Positions 23,357 through 35,872 of a DNA stretch of 64,000 nt are shown here, piece after piece (position 1 is the first letter of the stretch; the number at the start of each line of letters is the position of its first letter). The DNA lies in the NCBI GenBank assembly GCA_963727895.1, contig CAVSHT010000007.1:99152-163151 (forward strand), read 5' to 3'. The notes below the pieces were generated by a model. That model saw nothing but the letters and a program-made list of their open reading frames with translations. It had not been told where the DNA came from and did no database searches. The translations under genes and the position numbers were made by a program. The stretch is from an uncultured Methanosarcinaceae archaeon. Its GTDB lineage: Archaea; Halobacteriota; Methanosarcinia; Methanosarcinales; Methanosarcinaceae.

Positions 23357-23459
23357 AACTATTTTCAATACTTTACATAAATACAAAAACGCAATGGAAA
23401 CCTTATAATACAATACATCTCTTCTGAATTCATATAGCCAAAAATGGAATTTTAGGCGA

Positions 23460-23978
23460 TTGTATATGAAAAAATACATCTACTTCATATTGTTTATTTT
23501 GCTGGTGGCAGTGGTTGTCGGGGTTTTTGTAGGATCACAAAACGATAAAAATGCCTCTCAGAATCAATCAAAATCTCAGCAAAACCCTATAAAATCAGCT
23601 TACCAGGATGTTGCATGGGGAAATAACGTCCAGAAACATTTGAGGATACTTAATGCAGATTTGGATAGTGTATCCAATGCTTCAAGCAATTCTGATTATG
23701 CCACGCTCGCGGTTTATGCAGAAAAAATAGTAAATGATACTCAGAATACCATTCAGGAAAACGATCAATATACCGTATCTTCCAAACTCCAGGGTGCGCA
23801 AAAAGAATGGAGAGCTGCTCTTCAGGACTATAACTCTGCAGGCAAGTTTTTGTTGCAGGGGGCAAATGAGGCGAAAAATGGCACTGGAGGAATTGAAAAT
23901 TTACAAAAAGCCAGAACACTTCAAGATTCCGGTACAGCTCATCTTGAGAATGCTTCCAGGTTAGCAGGAATAAAATAA
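23460..23978 (+). CDS. Membrane-anchored hypothetical protein
   Basis: N-terminal basic + hydrophobic anchor, 172 aa. Confidence 0.7.
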   Translation: MYMKKYIYFILFILLVAVVVGVFVGSQNDKNASQNQSKSQQNPIKSAYQDVAWGNNVQKHLRILNADLDSVSNASSNSDYATLAVYAEKIVNDTQNTIQENDQYTVSSKLQGAQKEWRAALQDYNSAGKFLLQGANEAKNGTGGIENLQKARTLQDSGTAHLENASRLAGIK

Positions 23979-24227
23979 ATTTATTTTTTTTGAAGCAGAG
24001 AATATTTATAAAAAACCTGGTTTTTTGTGAAAACAATTTTTTGTTTGGTATTTAACTTTTTAAATCTTTCACTTTTTCATTTATTCTTAAATCTTCTATT
24101 GATCCTCATTAAGCAAGTATTAGAGTTACACGTAAAAGAGGAAAGAAAGGTAAAAGGTTGGAAAAAAGTGGAAAAAAGGTTGGAAAGAAAAGGTGAAAAA
24201 TTAAGAACTTTGTTTTTAAGACGTGGT

Positions 24228-24704
24228 TCAAACAACCACAATATTAAGTTTGAATGTCTGTTCATTGCCTGTTTCAGTTTCCCAGGATCTTTTGTATATT
24301 GCATTTACCTGCTGGCTTCCTTTTTCCGTGGCCTTAATTTCCCATAAACGATATCCTGCTGCACCAATAACAGATCTTCCCTCTTTTTTGGAAGTTTCAG
24401 GAGAGTAGTATTTGTCTGAAAGCTGGTTAAGTCCGCTGCTCAGGCTGAGTTGCCATGAATAACCAGTACTTGGGTTTTCTTTAAGTTTCAGGTAAAAAGT
24501 GTGTCCTTCTTTAATATGTATGGTATTTCCGTTGTCAACTTCAGTAATAATCTTATTTTGACTTGTTGTATCAGGTTTAGCACATAAAGCTGTTGGAAGC
24601 ATTGCCAGAACTAAAAATATTATTAAAAATATTATTCCATACCTTGCTCTTACCATCTTTTCACCTCCCATATCAACAATTTTCAAGTAATTCTGATTAC
24701 ACAT
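24228..24704 (-). CDS. Protease inhibitor I42 (chagasin) family, secreted
   Basis: ENPSTGYSW, IGAAG, YKRSWE; the true start is probably MVRARY. Confidence 0.9.
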   Translation of the reverse strand: MCNQNYLKIVDMGGEKMVRARYGIIFLIIFLVLAMLPTALCAKPDTTSQNKIITEVDNGNTIHIKEGHTFYLKLKENPSTGYSWQLSLSSGLNQLSDKYYSPETSKKEGRSVIGAAGYRLWEIKATEKGSQQVNAIYKRSWETETGNEQTFKLNIVVV

Positions 24705-24735
24705 AATTCTGGTTACACATAATTCTGGTTACACA
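24688..24735. repeat. Three tandem 16-bp repeats TAATTCTGRTTACACA
   Basis: Directly visible. Confidence 0.85.
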
Positions 24736-25050
24736 TTTCTTTTTGCGTATTCTTTGAAATTTAATCGAATTTTCAAAATACATATTTATATTTTCAGCAC
24801 ACAAAAGCTGTAATCAACCAGCCAAGTAGAAAAGAAAACCCAATTCATTTTTGACTAACAAATCTAAATTTTAATGGTTCGGTGTCTATATGCACATAAC
24901 TAATTAATAGATAAATATATAAATTACACAGAATTCTATTTTCTTATAATTCTTATTTCTCCAAAATTAATCGTTGCAGTAAGAACTTTTCTATCCAGTA
25001 ACCCGTTTCAGAATTAAATAGTCAGATTACTTGAATCAGGTTAATTAAGA

Positions 25051-25464
25051 TCACAGATTAGCAAAGTTGCTATCAGTACTCATTTTCCAAATTCTATAGT
25101 CTTCCAGGTCATCTTTAATAAAGCTAAATGCAAAAGCCATGACAGCAACATCATCCACAAGTCCGATTACAGGTAATACATCTGGAAAGATGTCAACTGG
25201 ACTTATTAAATAAAGAAAGGCAAGTATCAGCACTAATGTTGTTTTCTTTGGAAGCGTATATTTTCCTTTAAATGAATCCAGTAACATAGAAAACAACAAC
25301 CCTAAATAATCCCAAATTTTTCTATAATCTGTTGAACGATAACGATAATTTATTTCTTCTTCAGGGAAATCCAGATTAGTATCAGAAACTTTTTTTGAAC
25401 TAATCTCAAACTGTTCCAGATTTGTTCCAACATGTTTTATTCTGTAATTATTTGTTTTATCCAT
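25051..25464 (-). CDS. YkvA/DUF1232 family protein
   Basis: YLISPVDIFPDVLPVIGLVDD. Confidence 0.88.
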   Translation of the reverse strand: MDKTNNYRIKHVGTNLEQFEISSKKVSDTNLDFPEEEINYRYRSTDYRKIWDYLGLLFSMLLDSFKGKYTLPKKTTLVLILAFLYLISPVDIFPDVLPVIGLVDDVAVMAFAFSFIKDDLEDYRIWKMSTDSNFANL

Positions 25465-26583
25465 AGCATCCCCCTGTATTCATTGCTTAAATTGTATGTC
25501 AAGCTTTTTATATTAATTTTTGAGTTTTTCTATTTCCATATAGACTTTCCCTGGATTAAGTGGTTTGGCATGTACATGATAAATTCCGCTTTCTTTTACA
25601 GTAAACTCGGGATTTTCAGGAAGATAACCTCTTTTTGGCTGTGTCAATACGAATGTGTTTTGGAGAACGCAATGTATGAATCTTTACTTATTGTCACATT
25701 TATTTTCTCGGGGCCATTGGGATTATCAATCCAGAATTTATATTTTGCACCTTCAGCGAGGTTAACTTGAAAATCCGATTCCTTGGATACTGCTTCCAAT
25801 AGGACATGATTTTCACCTCCTTGAAAGGCAGCGATTATATAATATAAAGTAATGACTATATAAAGCGGTATAAGACTCCTTGATTTTTTTGTTGTTCTAA
25901 TATTTTTCTCCCCCCACATGGAATATCGGATGCTCAGAAAATATCAATCTTAAAAATGCTTTCCAAAAAACTTCATTTTCAGTCAAGTACCTGCATTATA
26001 ATTCAATTTTAAATATATTAATATTTCTATAAATCAATTTTCATTAATTATCCTCTGAAAAATAAAATCATATCAACAAACATTTCTATTTCTATTATTT
26101 TATTCTGTTTTTCTTCGTTTTGTGTAATAAATTTTGTTATCCTAAAGTTTTCTCTTTGATTATGTAGTTTCTAGTCCTTAGTTAAACTTATATAACACTA
26201 TAATTTTTTTAAGTATGTGTAACATTTAGAAATTTGGACAGTATCCCCTAGAAAATGCTGTCTTCCTATGCTATAACAGCTATACTATCAGGGCGACAAA
26301 ACCGGATAAAAATTAAATGGGAATATTATTTTGAGTGTTGAGTTTTTTTCTTCTTTTTTAAGGACTTGCCTCAAAGAATGTAATTTACAGGTTATTGTGA
26401 AGATTCGATATGGTCCTATCTGATCTTATCTAATCGATCCAGCTGATTAATTAATATCAGTTTCTTGGGTTTTGTGACATCTGTATACTACGCCAGGTTC
26501 TCCACAGCCGGTTATTTACGCTGATAATTGCTGCAAAAACAAAACCTTGCGACTTCATCTAAAATTTTACTACGGGGCTTACC

Positions 26584-29500
26584 ATGATGTATGTAAAAGA
26601 AATCTCGAAAATTATTTTTTGTCAATTTTCACTCTTCACCTGATGACTGCAGGAAGTGCAGCAGCTACTGTAATTTCTGTAAATAACGGTACAGGTCAGG
26701 AGTGCAAATTTCACCATCTATCCAGGCTGCTGTAGCTGCTGCAAATCCAGGAGATGAAATAGTTGTCAAACCCGGTATTTATGAGGAGAATATTGTTATT
26801 GACAAGAACGTATCTATTGTTTCCGAATCTGGAAATTTCTCCGATACTATTGTCCAGGCAGCCGATAGTTCTCAAGATATTTTCAGTATCTGGCAAACGG
26901 TGTAAGCATTAAAGGTTTTGGCATAAGTGGATCCAATTCCGCTGGAATTCATCTTCTTGGAGTTAGTGACTGCCATATTGAAAACAATAAATTGTTCAAT
27001 AACAACTGTGGTATCGATCTGTACATGATGAGTTCAGGCAACAGGCTTGAAAATAATGAAATTTCAGACTGTCCAACCGGTATCAGTCTTGGTGGCAGCT
27101 TGTACAATAATTTGAGTAATAATTTAATCTCAAACTGCAGTAGCGGAATTTCACTCTTTGATTCGTCTAATAATTTCCTGGAGAACAATACAATCTCAGA
27201 AAATATCGAAGGCATCTCTCTTGCAGGCGAGTCAAACGATAATACGCTGATAAATAATACTGTAATCTTCAATGAAGAACTAGGACTGCATATATACGAA
27301 ACTTCAAACAATCTGGATTTATAACAATCATTTCAATAACACGGTAAATGTAAAGTCCGAAGTCGATTTCGGATACAAATATCTGGAACACGACTAAAAC
27401 CAAGGGTATTAACATAGCTGGTGGCCCTTACCTCGGAGGCAATCTCTGGGCAAGACCTGATGGGACTATATATCCTGAAGAGTCAAGGGATGTTGACCTT
27501 GACGGAATTCTTGATTCTCAGTATAATATTGAGGGCAGCCAGTTCATAGATTATCTCCCCCTCAAGGAATCCAAGCAAGTAATGCTTACTGTAAATAACA
27601 GTACAGGGAAAGCTGCGGATTTTACCTCTATCCAGGCTGCAATAGACAATGCATCTCCTGGTGACACGATCCTTATTTTCCCGGGTATCTATGAAGAAAA
27701 TGTTGATGTATATGTAACAGAACTTAACCCTTACCTCCGAATCTGCCAGCAATGGGGATACAATTGTCAAGGCAGCCAGCAGTCAGGATGATGTTTTCTA
27801 CATTACTGCGGACGGAGTGACAATTCAAGGGCTGAATATAACGGGGCCTGTAGACTTCCCATATGCAGGCATACGTCTTAATGGAGTTAAGTATTGTAAT
27901 ATCGAAAATAATCAGCTATCTAACAATTACAGCGACCTATTCTAAATATTTCCTCTGGGACCAGTTCCTTCACTCTCAATAATTCAAGTTCAGATGCAGG
28001 ACTTGGAATTCGCCTTGATTCTTCCAGCAGTAATATTTTAAATAATAATGCATTGGTAAACAAAAATGGATATGTATGCTTATAACATATATTTCTTCAT
28101 GAACTGCCCAAAATGTAATAGTTCCAGTCACAATAAGAACGGTATAGTTGGTGGGCGTCAACGCTACAAATGCCATGATTGTGGATATAACTATGCCCTT
28201 GAAGGATTGGGCTTTCGTTCAATAGGAAGAGTTTTAGGGGTGAGTCATGTTTCTGTCCAAAAATAGATAAAGAAATTTGGTCAGGAGTTAGAGAACCTAA
28301 AAAGTGAAAATGAGATATCTATTGTTGAAATGGATGAGATGCACACTTACATTGGTAACAAAAAAAATATTGCTGGATCTGGATTGCTGTTGATAGAGTT
28401 GGGAAAAAGTTCATCAACTGCTCTTTTGGTAGCAGAGGGACGGAAACTGGAAAACTACTCTGGGAAAAATTGAAGAAAAAAGAGATTGGAGAAGTGATGA
28501 CAGATCACTGGAGAGCATATGCAGAGTTTCTTCCAGAAAAGATCCATACTCAATCCAAAGCAGAAACGTATACTGTTGAAGGATATAACAGCATATTGAG
28601 GCACTTTTTGGCAAGGTTGAGAAGAAAGACAAAGTGTTATACGAAGAGTCTTGAAATGCTAAAGTACTCGGTTATTCTATTGATGAAATAAAGAAATAAA
28701 GAACTAGATATAGTTAAGTAACAATACCAATAATAATACTATAACTGGGAACAGGATCTCAATTCTTTTGCGTAACTCCATAGAAAATACACTTATTAAC
28801 AATTCTGCATTAGGCAGCAAGTATGGAATATGGGTGGATTCTTCCAGTAATAATGTGCTGAATGGAAACAATCTATCAAACAACAATATCGGTGCCTACC
28901 TGAAAACTTCCAGTGAAAATATTCTCAACGACAGTACTGTATCAAACAATACAGGCTCTGGTATCAATCTCTGGGATTCTGCAGGAAATATATTAAGCAA
29001 TTCCACAGCCTCGAAAAACACTATCTCTGTTGTTCTGAAGAATTCCAGCGCAAACCTGCTTAACAACAATAGGATTTCTGATAGCGACTATGGTCTCTGG
29101 CTGTACTCTTCAAGCAATAATAATCAACTGAATAGCAATACGGCATTAAATAACAGGATTGGTATCTACGTTAAGACATCTAGTGGAAATGTTCTGACTG
29201 GCAATACCGCACTAAATAGCAGCGGATCTGGAATTAATGTATGGAATTCGATCGAAAACACATTAATTAACAATGTGGTTTCAAACAATTATGTTTCTGT
29301 TTTTTTGCAGAACGCAAGTAAAAATACGTTTTTCAATAACACAGTTTCTGGCAGCAGTTACGGAATGTGGGTTGCTTTGTCCAGTAACAATAATTTGAGC
29401 AATAATGATGCATCGAATAATAAATTTGGGCTTTATTTGAAAAATTCTGGCGATAACAGGCTGTCAGATAACAAGGTTAACTCAAATTTAAGGTATGGGA

Positions 29501-29886
29501 TCTATCTAGGGTTTTCCAGTGGTAATATCTTAAATAGTAACAGGATTCTCTCAAATTCTGAATATGGACTTTTCCTCCTTAATTCTGGAAATAGCTCTAT
29601 TTATAATAATTATTTCAACAACACAAGAAATATTTATCTTGAAGGGTCAAACGCAGGTACGAGTCTGAATACAACTCTAAATGATACAAAAAATATTATC
29701 GATGGGCCTTTCCTTGGTGGAAATTTCTGGGCTACTCCAAAAAAAGACGGCTTCAGCCAGACTCATGCAGATGAAAATAGTGACGGCATTTGCGATGTAG
29801 TTTATATCGTGAATCAAGAGGGTATTGATTATCTGCCTCTTGCAGATTTTAATGCTACAAACAAATCTTTCGTGATACAAATATAA
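26584..29886 (+). pseudogene. Cell-surface parallel beta-helix (NosD/CASH repeat) protein with several frameshifts and an IS1 insertion
   Basis: SIQAAV..ANPGD..V.PG.YEEN twice, N-rich GIxL repeats, GP.LGGN.W motifs. Confidence 0.88.
28049..28728 (+). mobile_element. IS1-family element, copy 2 (internal ~60-bp deletion), 8-bp TSD AATAATAA
   Basis: Near-identical to the other copies; TSD at 28041-28048 and 28729-28736. Confidence 0.93.
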
Positions 29887-30051
29887 CTGTCTTGACTAAA
29901 AACTGTCCTAACTGATCACTGTCTAATGATAATTGTCCTGAATCCATTATCAACTAGATGAATACAGGAGATTTCTGGTAAGACAATATCAAAGTTGTGC
30001 AGCTTCTTAGAAGTTGATAAGGAGCTGTACGGTTTTTTAGGAATTTGGGGG

Positions 30052-30588
30052 TTAAACGGTTTCTTCCAGGAATTTCTGAAGCCATACAATATCAAAATAG
30101 GTTCCAAATTTCGTTCCTGCAGCTTTAAACTCGCCACATTTCACAAATCCATGTTTAAGATGGAAATTAAGGCTCGTCTGGTTTTTAGAGGAAACATTTG
30201 CAAGGAGGCTTTTCACATTCTTCTTTTTAGCATCTTGGCATAAAGCGTCCAGCAACTTTGTTCCCAAACCTTTTCTTGCATACTCTGGACGTATAAAATA
30301 TGAGATTACTCCTGTATGCTGAAAATTCCGGAATGGAAGAAATGGCTTTAGAGCTCCAAAACCTATTACTCTGTTGTTTTCTTCCATTACATAAAAGGGA
30401 AATTGCTCAATGTTATTCGGTTCATTTTCTTCATGGGAATTACGAAAAAATTCTGGTCCAACAGGAGTTTCAAGATAAGCTGCAAAACTATTTTCAATAT
30501 AGTAATTAAAAATTTCAAGCATTTCCTCGGTATCTTTCTGTGTGGCTTCTCTTATAACAAGAGTTTTTATCTTATCTCTTTCTTGCAT
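30052..30588 (-). CDS. GNAT N-acetyltransferase (phosphinothricin acetyltransferase-like)
   Basis: EIFNYYI, RKGLGTKLL, N.TSLNFH.KHGF, GTKFG.YFD. Confidence 0.88.
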   Translation of the reverse strand: MQERDKIKTLVIREATQKDTEEMLEIFNYYIENSFAAYLETPVGPEFFRNSHEENEPNNIEQFPFYVMEENNRVIGFGALKPFLPFRNFQHTGVISYFIRPEYARKGLGTKLLDALCQDAKKKNVKSLLANVSSKNQTSLNFHLKHGFVKCGEFKAAGTKFGTYFDIVWLQKFLEETV

Positions 30589-30779
30589 GTCTTTTTTATT
30601 AGACTGGAGAGATATTTAAACTCTCTTAATAAGTTATAGTACGAATTTTGTAAAATCCTTCCATATCTGGGCTTCTTATTTATCATGATTTATATTTATA
30701 ATTTATTTTCAGTGAGATTATATTTATATACTTATGCTGTTGTATTATTACCTATACAAGTGAGATCCATTTACCCAGA

Positions 30780-30877
30780 TTTCAGGCAGGACTTGATAAT
30801 TTATAGGGGTCTGAAAGTCCAAATTCAAGGATGGTCATGCAAGTGATATGTTCCGTCCAGATAAGTGTGGCCTGAAA
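30780..30877 (+). ncRNA. Candidate structured leader/sRNA (three-way junction)
   Basis: TTTCAGGC/GCCTGAAA encloses the GGACTT/AAGTCC and GGATGG/CCGTCC stems; TTTATATA lies upstream at 30723. Confidence 0.35.
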
Positions 30878-30932
30878 ATTAAAAGCACAAGAGAATATAA
30901 TTCTCAATGTACTTTGCAGAAGTGAAAAATAA

Positions 30933-32024
30933 ATGTTTATTAAACAAAACAAAATTGTAGAAAAGATTTGTGAAATCCCGGTTACACTTGAAGATGTTTC
31001 CGAGAGCATCTTTGGGGGTATAAACACAAAAAACGGTCTGCTTCACAGGCTATACCTTCCTGAAGAAGGCGGTTCTGATTCGTATTTCCTTTGTGAAGGT
31101 CTGTGCGAACCTGTATTCCTAGAACCTGAACTTGTTTATCCGTATGTTTCAGGAGCCTCTTCCGAAAAATTTGCTTTTCGTCCATCACCTTATCGTTTCA
31201 TTCTGCCTTATGAATTGTCCAGTAAGGGAAAAAAGGCAGAGTACAATATAATTCCTCCTGAAGAACTTGAAGCCAGATTCCCTATGGCTTATGGGAGGAT
31301 AACGGAATTCAAAAGAAATTTCCTTCACGATAACTCTCCACTTAAATCTTCAGATTACAGTATAAGAGGAAAAAAGTTTCTGGAATACTTTAACACTCCT
31401 AAAATTATTGCGACTGAAGGCTATCATCTACAGGCTGCATATGATGCTGCCGGAAACCATGTATTTGATAATGGGTGTGGTATTGTTCTCAAAGACCCAG
31501 GTAAGTATGCTTATGTTACTGCCGTTCTGAATAGTTCGATTGCCAGGCTCTTCCCTTCAGTCTGCAGGTCTGAAATGACGTATTCGAGCTACATAGCTCC
31601 GGCAGTGATGAAGCGTTTTCCAATCTTGTTTCCAGATAACAGGTTAACTGAAGATCTCATAAACACTATTTCCAGTTATCTTGCATTCCTTAACAGAGAA
31701 AAGTATGCAAGGGATTATGGAGCTCCGGATGGTCTTAGGGAGCTTACAGGTTTCTATGAGCAGATCTCTAATCTTCTGGTTCTGGATACTTACTTCGTAA
31801 ATGACATTGATCCAAGACTTCTGGATGCTCTTGAAGAAAATATCCACTCTTTTGCAGGAGATATGAATTCTGAAGATGGTAATTCTGAAGATAAGGATGG
31901 TCTTCTGAATGCGTTGTATTATATAAAACAGAAACTTCTTGAAGCTTCAAATTCTGAGAAATGCAAGTTTAATATGGGCTTACCCGAAAGTCTCAATTTC
32001 CATAAGAACAGTGAAGGGTTCTAA
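30933..32024 (+). CDS. Stand-alone protein resembling the C-terminal specificity region of type IIG / TaqI-like methyltransferases
   Basis: LEPELVYPY, FILPY, FPMAY, FNTPKII, AVLNSS, FPI; no methyltransferase motifs. Confidence 0.55.
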   Translation: MFIKQNKIVEKICEIPVTLEDVSESIFGGINTKNGLLHRLYLPEEGGSDSYFLCEGLCEPVFLEPELVYPYVSGASSEKFAFRPSPYRFILPYELSSKGKKAEYNIIPPEELEARFPMAYGRITEFKRNFLHDNSPLKSSDYSIRGKKFLEYFNTPKIIATEGYHLQAAYDAAGNHVFDNGCGIVLKDPGKYAYVTAVLNSSIARLFPSVCRSEMTYSSYIAPAVMKRFPILFPDNRLTEDLINTISSYLAFLNREKYARDYGAPDGLRELTGFYEQISNLLVLDTYFVNDIDPRLLDALEENIHSFAGDMNSEDGNSEDKDGLLNALYYIKQKLLEASNSEKCKFNMGLPESLNFHKNSEGF

Positions 32025-32688
32025 AAAATCCTTTTAATTTTTTATCCTTCTGAACGATGGATTGTTTGAATAGTATGTTTTTTACCTATACGTTAAAAAT
32101 TTTATTTACTTTTATATGATATTTTCATATATATTAATACGTTGATATATTTTACCCATCCACACTCTAGTTGGTAAGAAATTCTCTCAGAGCAGAAAAC
32201 TTAGTTCTCCAATATAATAGTTAAGATATTGAAAGCTACTTTGCTGCTTTAATGAATAAGTTTTGAGCTCTATGATGTGGGAGTTTGAATATATATTCAG
32301 TCAGTCATTTCCTCCTTAATACTCCAATATTTTTAAAATGGTTTCCCTGAGAGTATTTTACCACCAATTAGTTGAAATTGATCTATTTTATAAATCCTTG
32401 AAAAGATTATTATTAGAACTCGATGTGTTAACTTTTTTGCTAAGTAACTAAATGTTTTTTTCTACTTTTTTCTTGCACTTAATAAAATCTGTTTTATCAT
32501 GTATAGAAGAAAGTTATCTATACTTCTCCACTTAATACATAAATTTAGATATATTATACTTGCATCTATGTTTCAAGGTTATTATGTTTTTAATACATTC
32601 TCCTAACTATGTTTATTTATGTAATATTTATTCATACTAAGAAGGTAATTTCATCATCCTGCAAATCAATGCTGTTGCGTTTCCCTAT

Positions 32689-34385
32689 ATGGGAGCACTA
32701 ATCTTTTCGGGGCTTATTTCTACTTTGCTTGCAATTAAAGCATATAAAGCCTTCAGTTACTGCAGGAAATATTTATTAAAATGTTTCATAGTTATTATGT
32801 TAAGTATGTCTCTCTGGTCTGTAACTTATGCCTTTGAGATCGGACTTTCGGATATTGAGCTCAAGTATTTCTTTGCTCGTCTAGAATATATTGGAATTGC
32901 CTTTGCTCCAGTAGCGTGGTTTCTGTTTGCAGCTGAATACTCAGGGACGAGTACTAAATTTGTCCGAAAATATAAGAAAACATTTTTCATAATTCCATTA
33001 CTGGCAATCTTTTCAGTATTTACAAATAATTTTCATAAAATGTATTTTACAAGCTATTACTTGGACAACTCAGGAGAGTTTCCTCTTCTTGTACTCGTAC
33101 ATGGGCCTTTTTTCTGGGCTTTTTATATCTACTCTTTTATCTTGATTATACTTGGGATCTTTTTATTCTTCAATCAATTTATCCATCTAACTGCACCTTA
33201 CAGGACCCATGCAGCAATAGCTCTTCTTGCAGCCTGTGTTCCTGTAGTGGGAAATATTTTACATATCTCAGATATCGGTCCTTTTGCACTCTTTGATCCT
33301 ACTCCATTTACATTTACAATCACGGGTATAATTCTTTTCTGGGGCATCATGCAACATGAATTCCTCAATATTATTTCAGTTGCGAGAGAAAATGTAATTG
33401 AGTCTATGAGTGATGGATATATTGTAGTGGATCCAACGTGTTCAATTGTAGATATTAATAAAGCTGCTCTTGAACTGATTGAATATGAAAAAAGGACGTT
33501 ATCGGGAAAGATTTAAATGAATTTTTTGGGGATGAAGTCGAAATTTCTCGAAGTAAAGCTTATGAGGGTATTTACAGCAAAGAAATTTATTTGAAGAAAG
33601 GTCTGGAGACAAAGTTCTTTAATCTCAGCATCAGTCTCATTATGGCAAAAGATCATTCCGAGGGCAAGGTATTACTAATTCATGATATCTCTGAAATTTA
33701 TCAATATCAAGAAGCTTTAAAACAGGCTAATAAGAAGATCAACCTGATGAGCAATATTACCAGACACGATATTCTCAATCAGGTGAATGTAATTTCCGGA
33801 TATACGGCGCTAATTTCAGAAACTCTTCCTGAAACTATTAAAAATGATCCTCGAATAGGAAAATATTTGAAGAATCTCAATAAAGGTATTGAGACAATCC
33901 ACAGCCAGATTCTTTTCACAAAAGACTATCAGGAACTCGGAGTGGTTTCCCCTATATGGCAATCCATAAGCGATACAGCAAAAGAAGCAGCTTTTCCATT
34001 CTCAGGTCAGAGCTTTAAATTTTACATCGAAGAAAGTCAAATAGAGGTATACGCTGATCCTTTACTTAAAAAAGCTTTTTACAATCTTTTTGACAATTCA
34101 AGAGCACATGGGGAACATGTAACTAAAATCAGTGTTAGTTCTCGCAGGGTTGAAGAGAGTATTATAATAGAAATAAAAGATGATGGTAAAGGAGTATCTT
34201 CTACGATGAAAGAGTTGGTTTTTGAAAAATCAGTTGGGAATAATACAGGGTTGGGACTTTTCCTTGTAAGGGATATTCTTGCTATAACAGGTCTGGAGAT
34301 AAAGGAAATCGGACTTGAGGGAACAGGTGCAACATTCGAAATTACAGTGCCTCCTGGGAACTGGCGAGAAAATCCTTCTCAATAA
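32689..34385 (+). pseudogene. Sensor histidine kinase (7TM + PAS + HATPase), frameshift near 33490
   Basis: Multiple TM segments, PAS (SMSDGYIVVD), RHDILN, NLFDNS, DDGKG, TGLGL. Confidence 0.85.
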
Positions 34386-34644
34386 TAACTTCAGAATATT
34401 AGCATCTTAAGTTCAGGTTAAAAAGAATTTTTTCATAAAATCTCTTTCTACTTTTTTCATAATATCCCTTTCTATTTTTTTATAGTCCTTATTTTTGAAC
34501 CACATTTTGATTCACAGCAATTCTTTGTCGTTAACTACATAAGTTTTTTTATTTTCTTCTTCTTACCGTCGTCTCTTTAATACTTTAAGCCTAAAAGATT
34601 TCTAAAAACATTCATTAAACCGATGACATCTCTTGGTGACAAAA

Positions 34645-35670
34645 ATGAGTAAATTTACCCTGAAAGAGAGATTTGAAAAGGCACTCAAAGGTGAAGCTTT
34701 AGACATTGTTCCTGTTTGTTCAGTAACTCAAACTGGAACTGTTGAACTTATGGAGATGACTGGAGCATACTGGCCTCAGGCAAATTACAATGCAGAAAAT
34801 ATGGCTGCATTAGCACTTGCAGGGTATGAGATTGCAGGATTCGAGAATGTGCGCTGCCCTTTCTCCACCACAGTACTAGCCGAAACGCTAGGTTGTACTG
34901 TAGATGAAGGAAGTATAGATATACAGCCCTATGTAACTGATTTTCCATGCAAGGAAAAAAAAGATGTCAAGGATATAACGGTTCCGGATTCGCTTCTTGA
35001 GAACAGGAGAACTTCGGTAGTACTCGATGCAGTTGAAATTTTGAACAAAATAATGGGAGAAAATGTACCTGTAGTTGCTGGGGTTGTAGGTCCAGCCGGA
35101 CTTGCATCTATGCTTGCTGGAATGAAAAATTATCTTATGTGGTTTGTAACAAATCCTGAAGTTATTGAAGAACTCATGGGAGTTCTTACCGATGCCTGCA
35201 TTGAGTATGCCAATGGTCTTCTTGAAAGAGGCGCAGATGCCATTACACTCATAGATTCCGAAGCAGGGCCTGACATTATTTCTCCTCAAATGTTTGAAAC
35301 ATCGGTCTTTCCACTCTACAGAAAGTTTTGCAAAAATGTTAAAGGGTTGAATATTATTCATATGTGTGGCGACGCTACTTTCGTCCTTGATCCACTTGCC
35401 AATGCAGGCTTTGATGGAGTAAGCATTGAAGAAAAAGTAGATGTAAGTTTTGCAAAAGGGATTATAGGCGATAGAGTACGACTTATAAGAAATGTTTCTC
35501 CATCGGATACTCTACTGACAAAAGGGTCTGAAGCAGTTTTTATTGAAGCTACTGCCTGCCTTGAAGATGGAATTGATATTCTTGCTCCAGGCTGCGGGCT
35601 GGCACCTCACACTCCACTTGAAAATATAAAGACACTTGTTAAGGCAAGAGATGATTACTTTTTGCAGTGA
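34645..35670 (+). CDS. MtaA/CmuA-family methylcobamide:coenzyme M methyltransferase
   Basis: PVCSVTQTG, Zn ligands HMCG and APGCG. Confidence 0.9.
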   Translation: MSKFTLKERFEKALKGEALDIVPVCSVTQTGTVELMEMTGAYWPQANYNAENMAALALAGYEIAGFENVRCPFSTTVLAETLGCTVDEGSIDIQPYVTDFPCKEKKDVKDITVPDSLLENRRTSVVLDAVEILNKIMGENVPVVAGVVGPAGLASMLAGMKNYLMWFVTNPEVIEELMGVLTDACIEYANGLLERGADAITLIDSEAGPDIISPQMFETSVFPLYRKFCKNVKGLNIIHMCGDATFVLDPLANAGFDGVSIEEKVDVSFAKGIIGDRVRLIRNVSPSDTLLTKGSEAVFIEATACLEDGIDILAPGCGLAPHTPLENIKTLVKARDDYFLQ

Positions 35671-35872
35671 ATCGTGGTTGAGACCTTCTGGTATATCTCT
35701 TTAATAACAGGTTTTCTATTGAATACTTGCAACAAATCTGCCTATAATTATGATATCTATATAAATGCTGAATAAGTCACAGAATAAAGTCTGAAGACTG
35801 AGAGTTTTCATTTAGGGTCTGATTAATTATCAGCTGATCTAATTCTAAAATTTCTGTGATCAGGGTAAAACT

